Positions 1 through 9,873 of a DNA stretch of 33,456 nucleotides are shown piece by piece (the stretch's first letter is position 1; each line of letters begins with the position of its first letter). Source of the stretch: a virus. Lineage: Duplodnaviria > Caudoviricetes. The position numbers were made by a program, and so were the translations under genes. A model generated the notes under the pieces. It saw nothing but the letters and a program-made list of their open reading frames with translations. It was not told the DNA's origin and ran no database searches. The stretch is from the IMG/VR virus record IMGVR_UViG_3300038317_000322, positions 1 through 33,456 of that record; one strand, 5' to 3'.

Positions 1-210
1 TCACTCCTTTGCCTTTTTTGTGGCTTCGTAGCTTGATGATGCATAATAGGCTGCTAGGGTAATTCCTCCGAACCACTTCAAGAGTTCTGCTGTATTAGGC
101 GGCACGTCAACACCTTGAACTCTGCATGCAATTAAAACTCCTCCTACCAGCACCGCAGCATAAACCGCTAAAGGCTTTCTCAAAGGCCTTGACCCTATCC
201 AGTTCAACAT
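1..210 (-). CDS. Small membrane protein, probable holin
   Basis: 69 aa with two hydrophobic segments and a charged C-terminus, in the lysis cassette downstream of the endolysin. Confidence 0.6.
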   Translation of the reverse strand: MLNWIGSRPLRKPLAVYAAVLVGGVLIACRVQGVDVPPNTAELLKWFGGITLAAYYASSSYEATKKAKE

Positions 211-214
211 GGAA

Positions 215-463
215 TCACTTCCTTAAGAAAGTTGGGAATAGAGAATGTGCTGTCCATCCGATGACGCCACCAACCACCCCCGCAGCAGTAATCCACGCCT
301 TGAGCCCTGCATACTGCCGTTCTAGCTCACTAATTCTTGCATGCTGCCCCTCTTGATCAGAAGATAGCTCGGCCATCTGCCTATCCCTGTCATCGAGCCG
401 CTGCTCAATTCTGGCGGTTCGGTCGCGGATCTCCAAAAGAATCTTGCTGTCTTCAGTCATCAA
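215..463 (-). CDS. Coiled-coil plus C-terminal TM protein (XhlA-like/holin-associated)
   Basis: Heptad-like N-terminus (RTARIEQRLD...RISELE) and a single C-terminal TM helix (WITAAGVVGGVIGW); follows the amidase. Confidence 0.6.
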   Translation of the reverse strand: MMTEDSKILLEIRDRTARIEQRLDDRDRQMAELSSDQEGQHARISELERQYAGLKAWITAAGVVGGVIGWTAHSLFPTFLRK

Positions 464-1020
464 GATCCCTCCTTGAAAGCTGCCTCTATTCCTCTAAAGA
501 GTGCAACTGCCATTAAGTCCTGATACGCAGCATTTGAAAGGAGCGTCTCCATTTTTGAATTCGTAATAAAATCCAGTTCGATAAGAACTGCTGGCATAGA
601 TGTCCTTCTAAGCACACAAAAATTGGACTCCTTATCAATATCTCCATCGCTCCAGTCTCCACGGATCACTACATCAGGGAATGCTTCCGCCCACGCTTTC
701 GATATACTCGTAGCGACATCATCAGCCCTTGTTTTTCCACGGCTCGTCCATACCTCAAAACCACTTGCCCGTGCGGAAGCTGATCCGTTGCAATGAAGCG
801 ACAAAAAGAGATCCGCATTGAAGGCGTTAGCCATAATAGCTCTGTCGTTCAACCCAACAAAAAAGTCCCCCCGGCGTGTAAGGAGGACTTTGTGTTTTGG
901 TCCGAGCAGTTTTTTCAATTTCAGTGACACCGCCAAGGCGACATCTTTTTCTTTCTTGCCCTTTGGCCCCACGGCCCCCGGGTCTTTCCCACCGTGGCCG
1001 GGATCGATGACTATGCGCAT
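460..1020 (-). CDS. Endolysin, N-acetylmuramoyl-L-alanine amidase (Amidase_3)
   Basis: IDPGHGGKDPGA, EKDVAL, FLSLHCN and PAVLIE zinc/catalytic motifs; catalytic domain only. Confidence 0.95.
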   Translation of the reverse strand: MRIVIDPGHGGKDPGAVGPKGKKEKDVALAVSLKLKKLLGPKHKVLLTRRGDFFVGLNDRAIMANAFNADLFLSLHCNGSASARASGFEVWTSRGKTRADDVATSISKAWAEAFPDVVIRGDWSDGDIDKESNFCVLRRTSMPAVLIELDFITNSKMETLLSNAAYQDLMAVALFRGIEAAFKEGS

Positions 1021-1048
1021 ACCCTCACATCCTCAGTATCATTACCGC

Positions 1049-1083
1049 AATAAAAATGACCGCCCCTGTGAGCAGGAGCGGCC
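1049..1083 (-). terminator. Intrinsic terminator between tail and lysis genes
   Basis: Minus strand GGCCGCTCCTG-CTCA-CAGGGGCGGTC followed by ATTTTTATT. Confidence 0.65.
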
Positions 1084-1104
1084 AGAAATCCTGGGACTGA
1101 CTCG

Positions 1105-1155
1105 CTACCACATAATCTCCTCCAACTCCTCAGGCGACTCCGCCGCCTCGATCAG
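1105..1155 (-). pseudogene. Relic 3' end of an alternative allele of the upstream tail-fibre-associated gene
   Basis: In frame directly after the TAG at 1156-1158, reads LIEAAESPEELEEIMW*, paralleling the gene's own end DISEAQTQSDLDSISW*. Confidence 0.7.
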
Positions 1156-1542
1156 CTACCAGCTTATGCTGTCCAGATCACTCTGGGTCTGCGCTTCGGA
1201 TATATCATACCGAAGCAGTTGCTTCTTCGCATGCGCCTGTGCAAATGCAGTACTCATTTCCAGAAGCACGGTCTGGGCATCGGCAAGGGGAATGTCGTAA
1301 TGGCTCACGTCGTTGGCATCGGTGAGGTAAATTGTAGTTGCCCCACTTGCCTGTGCAATCTTGATGGCCCCTTCCACCATGATGCTGTCCTTCATGTCGA
1401 ACTGCATAGGGAAGCCGAGGGAGGTCATAACGCTTCCTGCGACATGATCTTTGTGCGACCGTGAGATTTCACTGTACTTGCGTTCCCGTGCCTGTTCAAA
1501 CTTGTCCTCAACTGTAATTACCTTTGTCCAATCAATACTCAT
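1156..1542 (-). CDS. Tail-fibre-associated protein (DUF4376-like)
   Basis: MSIDWTKVIT N-terminus, TDAND motif, and C-terminal I..A.T..DLD.I.W typical of fibre assembly proteins; located after the fibre gene. Confidence 0.7.
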   Translation of the reverse strand: MSIDWTKVITVEDKFEQARERKYSEISRSHKDHVAGSVMTSLGFPMQFDMKDSIMVEGAIKIAQASGATTIYLTDANDVSHYDIPLADAQTVLLEMSTAFAQAHAKKQLLRYDISEAQTQSDLDSISW

Positions 1543-1829
1543 TCCGGCAACACCACCTCTCCGTCATTTGTTACAGTAAGCGGCTCTGGGAATCTCGCTT
1601 CATGCGATGCGTTGGCACCGTGTGGCAGTAATATTGTCAGTTCGATTTCTCCGTTGATGCGGTTTACATCTGAGAGAATAAACTCACAACCAATTGCCTC
1701 ACGTGGTAATGTTGCACCTTCTGGCAACTGTGAAAAATCATAGGTATCACCGTTTATTGTGAGAGCGTCACCAACCTTAGATACTTCTAGGGTTCTATCG
1801 TCTCTTATTGGGCTAAGATTAATCAACAT
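1539..1829 (-). CDS. Phage tail-fibre accessory protein
   Basis: MLINLSPIR...GDALTINGDTYDFSQLPEGATLP...ARFPEP resembles small proteins found after tail fibres; ATG overlaps the fibre stop (TAATG). Confidence 0.65.
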   Translation of the reverse strand: MLINLSPIRDDRTLEVSKVGDALTINGDTYDFSQLPEGATLPREAIGCEFILSDVNRINGEIELTILLPHGANASHEARFPEPLTVTNDGEVVLPE

Positions 1830-3088
1830 TAGTACCACCTCCCGATTGCAAATGACACAATCACCATTGATGTCCCTGTCGCACGGGGATTAATATCGAG
1901 AAAACTCAAGGCACACGATGTTGTGGTTGGGTGAGATATGCTCGACCAAGAACCGCTTGATCCCCATTTTGATTGATTTATCGCAACGGGCGCAACTGAA
2001 AACTCACATGGAAAAACCCAATCCCTGCTTCCTACATAAAGACTGCCGTATACACCATTAATTGCTTGATTAGTTACAGTCTGGTTTAAATAGCACTCCA
2101 TCGTACCATCAACAAACTTTACATACTCTCCGTTCGCATTTGAACCACTTTCCCAAATTGCACTCGTATGCTGTTGTACCGCATACAGCACAGCCGATAT
2201 TCCGTTGTTTATTATATTACCTGCCACGGTTATGGTTGTAACGGTGTCATAAACTGATGCACTAACCACCGCATAAACCACGCCTCCTGTGCCAGTGATT
2301 TTAAGGACTCTGCCCTTCGTAAAGATTGCCGTCTGGTCACCTGTGACGCTGAATTTATTAGAGGCAACGTATGTCGGAGTCAGCCCTGTCGGATAGAACT
2401 CGCCGAAAGCCGCTTTGAATCCAGCAGGCGTAACTACACGTTCGTTGTCCGTGCCTTGTTTAACCTCGTCTGGTGTGGCAAGTTCAACTACGCCTTTGAC
2501 GGTTTCAGAGGCTTTTGGCAACCCATACTGAGCCAACGAGTAATCAACTGCGCTGATAGAGGCTGTAATAGTGCCGTCTATCACCACATTCGTAACGGTG
2601 TCAAACGCACTCGACACAACAGAGAGATATTTAATCTCTGCACCGTCAGTAATTTTGAGTATTCGCCCCGCCGTGAATATTCCTGTCAGGTCGTCAGGCA
2701 CGCTGAACGTAGTCGCATCAACGTAAGTCGGCGTTACATTTGACACCTTGAACTCGTCAACGTTCGCTGTGGTCGGGTCTTTTAGTGTTCCGTCAGGGTT
2801 AATGCTAACGTTTAGACGTGACGAGAGATTACTTAGAGTCCCTTTCGCCGCCGCTACGTCAAGCCCCAGCGTGTTTGTTGCCGCAACCTCAATCCATGCC
2901 GTACCATCATAAATGTGCTCAATTCCTGTGTCCGTGCGGTAACAATGCTGTCCCGCAACTGGCGTGTCTGGAAAAGCTGTACCGCTGAAACTTGACCTCA
3001 ATGTGTTCTCGTTGTTGCGACCGTTAATGTTGTCCTGCAAAATATTAGTAGTCCCGTCAGGGACATCTGAAATGTATGTCTGAGCCAT
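1829..3088 (-). CDS. Tail fibre / receptor-binding protein
   Basis: ASETVKGVVELAT fibre repeat, duplicated ~70-aa beta-rich domain, and C-terminal ESGSNANGEYVKFVDGTMEC...AIGRWY (gp53-like fibre tip). Confidence 0.85.
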   Translation of the reverse strand: MAQTYISDVPDGTTNILQDNINGRNNENTLRSSFSGTAFPDTPVAGQHCYRTDTGIEHIYDGTAWIEVAATNTLGLDVAAAKGTLSNLSSRLNVSINPDGTLKDPTTANVDEFKVSNVTPTYVDATTFSVPDDLTGIFTAGRILKITDGAEIKYLSVVSSAFDTVTNVVIDGTITASISAVDYSLAQYGLPKASETVKGVVELATPDEVKQGTDNERVVTPAGFKAAFGEFYPTGLTPTYVASNKFSVTGDQTAIFTKGRVLKITGTGGVVYAVVSASVYDTVTTITVAGNIINNGISAVLYAVQQHTSAIWESGSNANGEYVKFVDGTMECYLNQTVTNQAINGVYGSLYVGSRDWVFPCEFSVAPVAINQSKWGSSGSWSSISHPTTTSCALSFLDINPRATGTSMVIVSFAIGRWY

Positions 3089-3103
3089 CTTTTAACCTCC
3101 TTT

Positions 3104-5989
3104 TTAATATCCTTTAACAACTAATTGAACTTGCCCTGATACTGCCGCCCCCGTGCGGTTGTAGCATTTGAGAGTAAGCCCCGCCTCGGAAAGCAACGTA
3201 ACATCAGGGAAAACATTTCCTGAGCCGCCTATTACCGTTGTTGTAATTTCGGTTGGCGTGGCGTAGAAATCCTTGTCATAATCATTGACAAAGTTGACTG
3301 TCAACCCTCCGCTCGGAACGCTGACCACCTCGGAGATGGTGATGTCAGGCACGTCATAATATTGCTGTAGTTTTGTGATTTCAACGTGCGCTGTTGTGCT
3401 TGTGTAACTGAGTTTTAACTTGTACTGGATATACCTAAACGCATACTCTCCTGACAGGTACGGAACCCAGTCCGACCATGTAACGTTGTCATCACTGAAT
3501 CTGATGTCGATCGTCTCAATGGCGGGCATTGTGATACGGCCGTAAGTGTCTGTCGGATATTCGCTGTATATGCGCTCGCCAATGTCGCCGTAGGTCGGCG
3601 TTGAGCCAAATAAAACTTGCCAGACAAAATCATACAGAATCCCAGTATTACCTACTTTGAGCGTGTCAATTACGTCTGATTCAAGCTCTGTGTAGTCCTG
3701 AGCCACTCCATAATGCTCAATCAGCAGTTCTGAGTACGTGTCCTGCAAGTCCATGTATCTGATTCGTGATTCGGCAATAAAATACCCTTGCTCGGACATG
3801 TACAGTCCATCAAGGGTCATGCCTGTGCTGTTACTTATATCGTCTCGGTTCAGCACGATGTTTTTGTAATTATTCATTCCTGAAACATTGCAAACGGAAC
3901 TGACGGCGTTGACTGAGTAGTTGCCGCCGTTGTCAACGCCTTTTGCCCAAAATACATGTGTGCCATCCCATAATCCCTCAACGGTCGCCGGGAAAGTGCG
4001 CACTACAGCGTAAGCACTCGCAGTCTCCCACGATGTGCCGCCACGCCTTATTTCCACTCTGTTGTAGTCGATGTTCGTTGGCGTTAAGCCTGAGAACGTG
4101 ACGTGGGAGCCATTCTGCGCCGCCGTGAAGCGTGTCAGGTCGGGCGGCGGCGAATCAATGCCTTTAATGTAATAAGGTGTGCTTACTGTGCCTGTTGAGC
4201 TGAACCCCCAGCTGTTTACGGTCTCGACTTTAACGGTTATCGTGTTGCCGATTCGCACATTACTTACTTCACAACTCGGAGCTGTTCCCTGTGGCACATC
4301 CTGCCAGTAGGTATAAGCCCCGCCGTTGTAGGAGTAGGACACCCTGTATCTGGATGCGATGTCAACAGGAGGCCACGTTGCAAAAACCGAGGCGACATGA
4401 GTACCATCCCTGAGTTTATATCCGTCTTCCGTCAGTGCTACCCTTGCCACGTTGGGCGGGTTAGTTGGGTCATCTAGCTGAGTGTTGATCCTCTCAGGCA
4501 CGTCTAACGCCCTGTCGTTGTATATCTCTGCGACATACTCAGAGCAAGACACTGTAATTAGGTCGTCCGTGCTGTCATTGTCTGTTACGGCTATAACCCT
4601 AAACCATTTGTCAACCCATCCCGGCAGGTCGTGAGTCAGCGCAATAACATCTCCTGCCTCAACGTCTGCGTCTTTAAGCGAAAGATTGAATGTGCAGAAG
4701 TTGCGAACTCCCTGAGAGCTGTCGAGGATATAAGCCCCCATGCGCCCGGCCTGTGCGCTGTTAGTGATTCCACGAAGTGAGAATGACCGCTCGAAAACAC
4801 CTCTTGCGTTTATATCAGCGACATCTTCAAACACTGTCGTGGTCAATTCGTAACTCTGAGCAGGGTCTACCCACTCAATAACTACCCTGTTCAAGATGTC
4901 CTCATCCGCACTCTGCCACCATGAGAATGAGCCTTCTACTATCTGGTCAAGCCCAACCTTCTTGTAATAAGTCGAAGCGGGCATGTCAATGTAAAGCCCT
5001 ATTTTTTCACGGTGCAGAACGTATCCACGGCAACAAGCCAGCATCTCGGATAAGATGTCTATAGCCGACTTCTGCGTGTCGATAATGTAATCAAGGCTGA
5101 ACCTCGGAAGTCCTCCTATAAGCCCATCACAATAATTCGCCGCCGCAAGAAATGAGGCATAGTCGAGTTTGGCTGATGGGATACCTAAACCGTATCTTGT
5201 ATTGGTCAGAAAGTCCCTTATTATCCATGCTGGATTGCGGCTGAACTTTGTCCCTGTCGGAGTCCAAATTTTCATCCCCTTGACCATTGAGGTGATTACT
5301 GGATTGCCGCTTAGATTTTCCTGCGCTTTGAGCGTTACCGCTACAAAAGCGAGGTCGTTCGGGTAAGGTCTACGTCCGCTAGGGTCACGGCTGTCTCGTG
5401 TGGTCGAGGTCGTGTTGAGATATACTGACGCCGAACAGTCTTTTATCGGCATTGTGATAACCGTTTTGCCGTCTGTATCAAGGATACGGCGCATGTTCTC
5501 ATCGGTCTGTGAGAGATATTGGGACTTTGAGCAGTTGACAAACGCCCATACATAACGGATACGCTCTTCACCCTGCTCCCTATCATAATAGGTTTGTTTT
5601 ACTAGCTGTTTTCGTTGATAAATTACCGCCCGCCCATTAAACGGATCGTTAATATTAAATTCATTCGCATATACATCATAAATGCTCTCAACTGGACCCT
5701 CTGAGATGCCGATGTACCTGATGACCCTTGTTTTTCCCGCATCAAGAAAACGCTCGTAAAACACGTTGCCTGCTACCTTCACGGGACCGCCGTAGATAAT
5801 CGGAATCGGCAGCATTTGAGTTTTTGTATTCTGGAGCGGCCCGAAGGCATAAGAGGGGCTGTTCTCGCCGATGTCTATTTCCTGCGACATAAATAGCGAA
5901 CCGATTGACACAAGTTCAATCAGCGCGGCGAAGCCAGTCGCAAATGTTAAGGCTGTTTCGCCTATTGCTATACCAATTAATGTGGCCAC
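3104..5989 (-). CDS. Tail tip / central fibre protein (lambda J-like)
   Basis: PIPIIYG, ISEGPVESI, RNPAWIIRDFLTNTRYGLG motifs and FN3-like segments. Confidence 0.88.
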   Translation of the reverse strand: MATLIGIAIGETALTFATGFAALIELVSIGSLFMSQEIDIGENSPSYAFGPLQNTKTQMLPIPIIYGGPVKVAGNVFYERFLDAGKTRVIRYIGISEGPVESIYDVYANEFNINDPFNGRAVIYQRKQLVKQTYYDREQGEERIRYVWAFVNCSKSQYLSQTDENMRRILDTDGKTVITMPIKDCSASVYLNTTSTTRDSRDPSGRRPYPNDLAFVAVTLKAQENLSGNPVITSMVKGMKIWTPTGTKFSRNPAWIIRDFLTNTRYGLGIPSAKLDYASFLAAANYCDGLIGGLPRFSLDYIIDTQKSAIDILSEMLACCRGYVLHREKIGLYIDMPASTYYKKVGLDQIVEGSFSWWQSADEDILNRVVIEWVDPAQSYELTTTVFEDVADINARGVFERSFSLRGITNSAQAGRMGAYILDSSQGVRNFCTFNLSLKDADVEAGDVIALTHDLPGWVDKWFRVIAVTDNDSTDDLITVSCSEYVAEIYNDRALDVPERINTQLDDPTNPPNVARVALTEDGYKLRDGTHVASVFATWPPVDIASRYRVSYSYNGGAYTYWQDVPQGTAPSCEVSNVRIGNTITVKVETVNSWGFSSTGTVSTPYYIKGIDSPPPDLTRFTAAQNGSHVTFSGLTPTNIDYNRVEIRRGGTSWETASAYAVVRTFPATVEGLWDGTHVFWAKGVDNGGNYSVNAVSSVCNVSGMNNYKNIVLNRDDISNSTGMTLDGLYMSEQGYFIAESRIRYMDLQDTYSELLIEHYGVAQDYTELESDVIDTLKVGNTGILYDFVWQVLFGSTPTYGDIGERIYSEYPTDTYGRITMPAIETIDIRFSDDNVTWSDWVPYLSGEYAFRYIQYKLKLSYTSTTAHVEITKLQQYYDVPDITISEVVSVPSGGLTVNFVNDYDKDFYATPTEITTTVIGGSGNVFPDVTLLSEAGLTLKCYNRTGAAVSGQVQLVVKGY

Positions 5990-5993
5990 TCAC

Positions 5994-6365
5994 TCACCCC
6001 CTCAACCTCCAGAATCGGATACCCTTCAACGGTCTATATCTGCTGATCCTGCTTGCGCTGTTTAGCCCCGTGTGAAGAACTAGCCCTTCATCTACAAGAG
6101 TAAGGACATGACAGTAGCCGATTGTCTCGACCGTTGCCATGTCCCCAACTTGAAACTTATCTACTTCGTTACAGAATCGCGGTATTATCTCTATAATTCT
6201 GTGTGAAAACTGTCTTAAATCCTTGTTATACCAACATGTATCAATATCTCCGAGTTCAACTTTTCTGCCCCATAAAATCTTTTGTGCATATATCGCCAGA
6301 CTTAAACAATCCGCTTCTTCGGGTGGATTACCTGACCCCCACGGAATACCGATTAACCTATCCAC
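5994..6365 (-). CDS. NlpC/P60-like tail tip assembly protein (K-like)
   Basis: LIGIPW...ADCLSL...GD...H.....LH pattern; GTG start at 6365 overlaps the upstream gene end. Confidence 0.7.
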   Translation of the reverse strand: MDRLIGIPWGSGNPPEEADCLSLAIYAQKILWGRKVELGDIDTCWYNKDLRQFSHRIIEIIPRFCNEVDKFQVGDMATVETIGYCHVLTLVDEGLVLHTGLNSASRISRYRPLKGIRFWRLRG

Positions 6366-6924
6366 GGTAGACCCGCCTGACATCTTTTGCGGCAGGGATA
6401 TAAGGGAAGTCGTTGATACAGTAGAACCGCCGTGGGCATTTCTTTTTAAGGCTAAAGTCAGCCCAAACTTCCGCATTGATAGCAGTCTCGGTTATAACCG
6501 CCTTTTTAATGTGTCCAACAAAGAGTAATTGCGCTCCGTCCGGATATGCCAAAAGGTCACGGAATCCTCTGAACACGTGAACCTCTACGCCGTTCAGTTT
6601 ATAAAACTGCGCCAATGCCGAGAATGTCCTGTCCACGTTGTCAAGGCTGATTGTCGATGTCTCTATCGTGTTATCTGTTGAGACCTGGACTTGCTCAAAC
6701 TTGACACCGCATGAGTAATAAGTTTCCGCTGTCCCTGACTCGTTGAACCAATTAATATCTGTCCTGCTATGCGTTACAGGGTCAAAATCGCAATCGGTGA
6801 GGTACAGGCTCTCCTTAACAGCGGGATTCGCCACGCTCGGAATGTTCAATATCCTGACAAACAGTATCGGCGCAATCTCAGCTTGCGCTATCTCGGTCTT
6901 GACTCGTGTGCTTGCCCTGCTCAT
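6358..6924 (-). CDS. Minor tail/hub protein (L-like)
   Basis: Position between the M-like and K-like genes; LYLTD, ISLDNVD, LFVGHI, CPRR motifs. Confidence 0.7.
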   Translation of the reverse strand: MSRASTRVKTEIAQAEIAPILFVRILNIPSVANPAVKESLYLTDCDFDPVTHSRTDINWFNESGTAETYYSCGVKFEQVQVSTDNTIETSTISLDNVDRTFSALAQFYKLNGVEVHVFRGFRDLLAYPDGAQLLFVGHIKKAVITETAINAEVWADFSLKKKCPRRFYCINDFPYIPAAKDVRRVYRG

Positions 6925-7263
6925 TTAGAGAACCTCCTCTATAATTACGGAACATTCCCCGAAAGAGGTCAGACCGTGGCGTGTCATACTTAAAGAGCTC
7001 TCCTTAAATGTGACTGATATAGCTGTACTTTCGCCCGGCGGTGTCCAGTTAAACGCCTCATAACTGCCTTTCCGTGCGTTATAAAACGTCACAACATCGT
7101 CTACGGTTGACCATGCACCCTTAAATGTCAGATTCCACTCTCTGGGCTTTGCCCCCTTATATCTGCGTTGAGTTTTCCCGCTTTCAAAGGTCGTCTTTAG
7201 GACGTTATGGCTGTAGCCAACTTCCCAGATATACTGTGGTATAACGCTGAATGTCTCAGCCAT
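6925..7263 (-). CDS. Distal tail protein (lambda M-like)
   Basis: FESGKTQRR, FYNARKGSYEAFNWTPP; directly after the tape measure. Confidence 0.8.
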   Translation of the reverse strand: MAETFSVIPQYIWEVGYSHNVLKTTFESGKTQRRYKGAKPREWNLTFKGAWSTVDDVVTFYNARKGSYEAFNWTPPGESTAISVTFKESSLSMTRHGLTSFGECSVIIEEVL

Positions 7264-7266
7264 CAA

Positions 7267-9873
7267 CTACACCCCCTGCTGTATGGCTTTTCGGACAGAG
7301 CCATTGCGATAGATATTTTCGATAACGAGGGATTCCACGGCAGCTTTGTTGTTTCTCAGCATCTGAATAAATGACTGACTGTCTACGGCGTTGATGTTCA
7401 TGGTGATATGCGTCTCGCCACCGCCTTCAGCCTGTACACCTAGTTCCCCGCCTGTTGTCCGTGTCAATGGCATGACAGCCTCCGGCCCAGCCTCACCCAT
7501 GAGCCCCAGCCCGTGCGCCATGGGGAATATGGTCGGCCGGTCCACGATACCGCCATTTGCGAAGGGCACGATATTCACGCCCGCGCCGCCGCCGTCGGCG
7601 AAGCCGAACAACCCAAAAATCGATTTCAGCAAGGTGCCCTTGATTACAGCATATGCGATGTCCTGCGCCAGACGCCGCAATGAATCACCCAGATCTTCAC
7701 CATACGCTATGGCCCCGGCGAATGCACTAGAAATTAGGTCAGGTACCTCAATAAATTTTTCCCTGAGTGCTGTTTCAGCCTCGCGGACAAAACTCCCCAG
7801 CGTCCTCGTGCTGGCCTGTATAGAGATATCGAGCGCCGTCATTGCGGAGTCGATCTGCTCTACCGCTCCGGGAAACATGGCGAACTGCTCCCTGATTTTC
7901 GTGAGGGCTTCCCTGTACTGCTCCAATCCGATATTGCCGATGTCGAGCTGCATCCGCAGGGCTTCCAGCGAACGCGCCGCGTCCTCGGAAGCGAAGGTCT
8001 GATTAAGTTCAAGAGCGATGTTTCTTGTCTCCTCCATGAGGTTTTGACGCTCTTTGAGGGCTTCTATTTCCTTGCCGGTCTGCTCCCCTATTTTTTTCGA
8101 GGATTCGATTCTCTTTTGCGCCTCTTCGTTTGAGATGCCAAGAGACTTGGCAAGCGAAACGGTCATTTCATCGAAGACCTGTTTCGTCGCTTTCCCTTGG
8201 GAACCTACCTTCTTCATCGCCTCTTCGGACTTTTTGAAGGTGTCGAGAATCGCCTGTATTTCCGGTGTTACTTGAGGTTGAGTTCCCGCCGTTACAGGAG
8301 TTTCCCTTGTGCCTCTTATCACGCTTCCGCTCTGCCGTGAAACGGAGTCTTTGTCGTACTGTTCAAGAGACTTCGCCAGCTTCATTGTCGCCTGCTCTTT
8401 GGACGCGATAGCAATGGAGCCTTTCCAACCCTCCGCCCCGAACAGCCCGCCGGTTCCGAGCGATTGCAGCTCGCGGAGCTTCCCAACGTCCATCTCGTTG
8501 ATTTCCTTGTTGAATTTCGCCGCCGCTTCCGCCGAACCCTCAAACGACTCAGCAATCGCTATCAGGGCGACAGTAGCCGTAGCGACAATCCCGCCGGGAG
8601 TAAACATCCTCAACGCTTTAGAAGTGAGAATGAGAGACCGTGTAAGCTTGCTGATAGCCAACAGAACAGGACCTATGGCGGCGGCGTAAAGCCCGTAGCT
8701 TACGATGTTCGTCTTCATCTCGGGAGAGAGTTCGGAGAAGCTCTTCGTCAACGCAGCGACCCGATTAGCCACAACCATTAAACTCGGAGTCAGCGTCTCT
8801 CCTATCTCGCGCCCTGTCGCGGCGATGTTGTTCCGGAGGATGGCAAGCCGCTTTTCTGTGGTCTGATAGAATATCGCGGTCTTCTCCTGGAGTTCGTTGT
8901 TTTTCCTCCACGCCTCGCTGCCGAGCTTGACCGCGTTGGTGAATACCTCGCTTGCCCCAGTCGCCCTCAGAATGGCATCCCGGAGACGGATCTCTGTGAT
9001 CCCCATTTTATCGAGCACCTCGATAGCCGTCATGCCGGTGCCCTCTAAGCTGGCAAGTCCCTGGATGAATTTTATGATTGCTCCCGTGGCGTCCTGCTCA
9101 AACAGGGTGGAAAATTCCTGTACCGACATCCCCGCTACGGTGGCAAAATCTTTAACCGCATCCCCGCCCTTAACGGTGGCGAGCTTCATTTCAATCATCA
9201 ATTTCGAAAACGCTGTGCCGCCAGCCTGCGCCTCGATGCCGACACTGGACAAAGCGCCGCCGAGAGCCAGCATCTGCGCCTCGGTCATGCCCACCTGTTT
9301 ACCCGCGCCAGCGAGCCTGAGACCCATCTCCACGACCTCTTTTTCAGTCGTGGCCAGAGAGTTACCTAGGGCAACCACTGTCGAGCCGAGCCGGTCGAAG
9401 TTTTTCTGGCTCATCTGGGTTATGTTCGCAAAACGAGCCAGCGAGTCTGCAGCCTCGTCTGCGGACATGTTGCTCGTCTCGCCCAGCTGGATCATGGTCT
9501 TTGTGAAGCCGAGGATATTTTGTCTCTTGATGCCGAGCTGCCCTGCGGACGCCGCCACCCGTGCGATCTCCTCCGCCGCCGTGGGCATGGTCTTGGACAT
9601 CTCGACGATGCCCTGCTCCATAGCCTTCAGCTCCGCTTCCGTTCCGCCCACGGATTTTTTCACCTTGGCAAATGCGGACTCGAATTTCACGGCTTCCCGG
9701 ACCGCCAGCGCTCCGAGTCCCACGAGGGGGGCGGTGACGTTGCGGGTCATGGCCGAGCCGAACCGCCGTGCGTTCGCGCTCAGCTTGCCGAGCTTGTACT
9801 CCACCCGCTTCAGACCACGCTCGAGTTCAGTCACGTCAGCGCCGAACATGTATCTAATCTTTTTCTTCGCCAC
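7267..9873 (-). CDS. Tail tape measure protein (TP901 family)
   Basis: FESAFAKVKK, AEAGG-like EAQAGGTA motif, Ala-rich helical body, C-terminal FANGGIVDRPT...GEAGPEAVMPL. Confidence 0.95.
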   Translation of the reverse strand: MAKKKIRYMFGADVTELERGLKRVEYKLGKLSANARRFGSAMTRNVTAPLVGLGALAVREAVKFESAFAKVKKSVGGTEAELKAMEQGIVEMSKTMPTAAEEIARVAASAGQLGIKRQNILGFTKTMIQLGETSNMSADEAADSLARFANITQMSQKNFDRLGSTVVALGNSLATTEKEVVEMGLRLAGAGKQVGMTEAQMLALGGALSSVGIEAQAGGTAFSKLMIEMKLATVKGGDAVKDFATVAGMSVQEFSTLFEQDATGAIIKFIQGLASLEGTGMTAIEVLDKMGITEIRLRDAILRATGASEVFTNAVKLGSEAWRKNNELQEKTAIFYQTTEKRLAILRNNIAATGREIGETLTPSLMVVANRVAALTKSFSELSPEMKTNIVSYGLYAAAIGPVLLAISKLTRSLILTSKALRMFTPGGIVATATVALIAIAESFEGSAEAAAKFNKEINEMDVGKLRELQSLGTGGLFGAEGWKGSIAIASKEQATMKLAKSLEQYDKDSVSRQSGSVIRGTRETPVTAGTQPQVTPEIQAILDTFKKSEEAMKKVGSQGKATKQVFDEMTVSLAKSLGISNEEAQKRIESSKKIGEQTGKEIEALKERQNLMEETRNIALELNQTFASEDAARSLEALRMQLDIGNIGLEQYREALTKIREQFAMFPGAVEQIDSAMTALDISIQASTRTLGSFVREAETALREKFIEVPDLISSAFAGAIAYGEDLGDSLRRLAQDIAYAVIKGTLLKSIFGLFGFADGGGAGVNIVPFANGGIVDRPTIFPMAHGLGLMGEAGPEAVMPLTRTTGGELGVQAEGGGETHITMNINAVDSQSFIQMLRNNKAAVESLVIENIYRNGSVRKAIQQGV

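Noticed and set aside
1-210. Unimolecular spanin (lipobox-like LIAC plus C-terminal TM)
   Set aside because: Only about 14 residues separate the Cys from the second helix, too short to span a periplasm; a two-TM holin fits better.
1829-3088. Diversity-generating retroelement or invertible fibre cassette
   Set aside because: No reverse transcriptase, no template/variable repeat pair and no inverted fibre copy seen; the small recombinase is 17 kb away.
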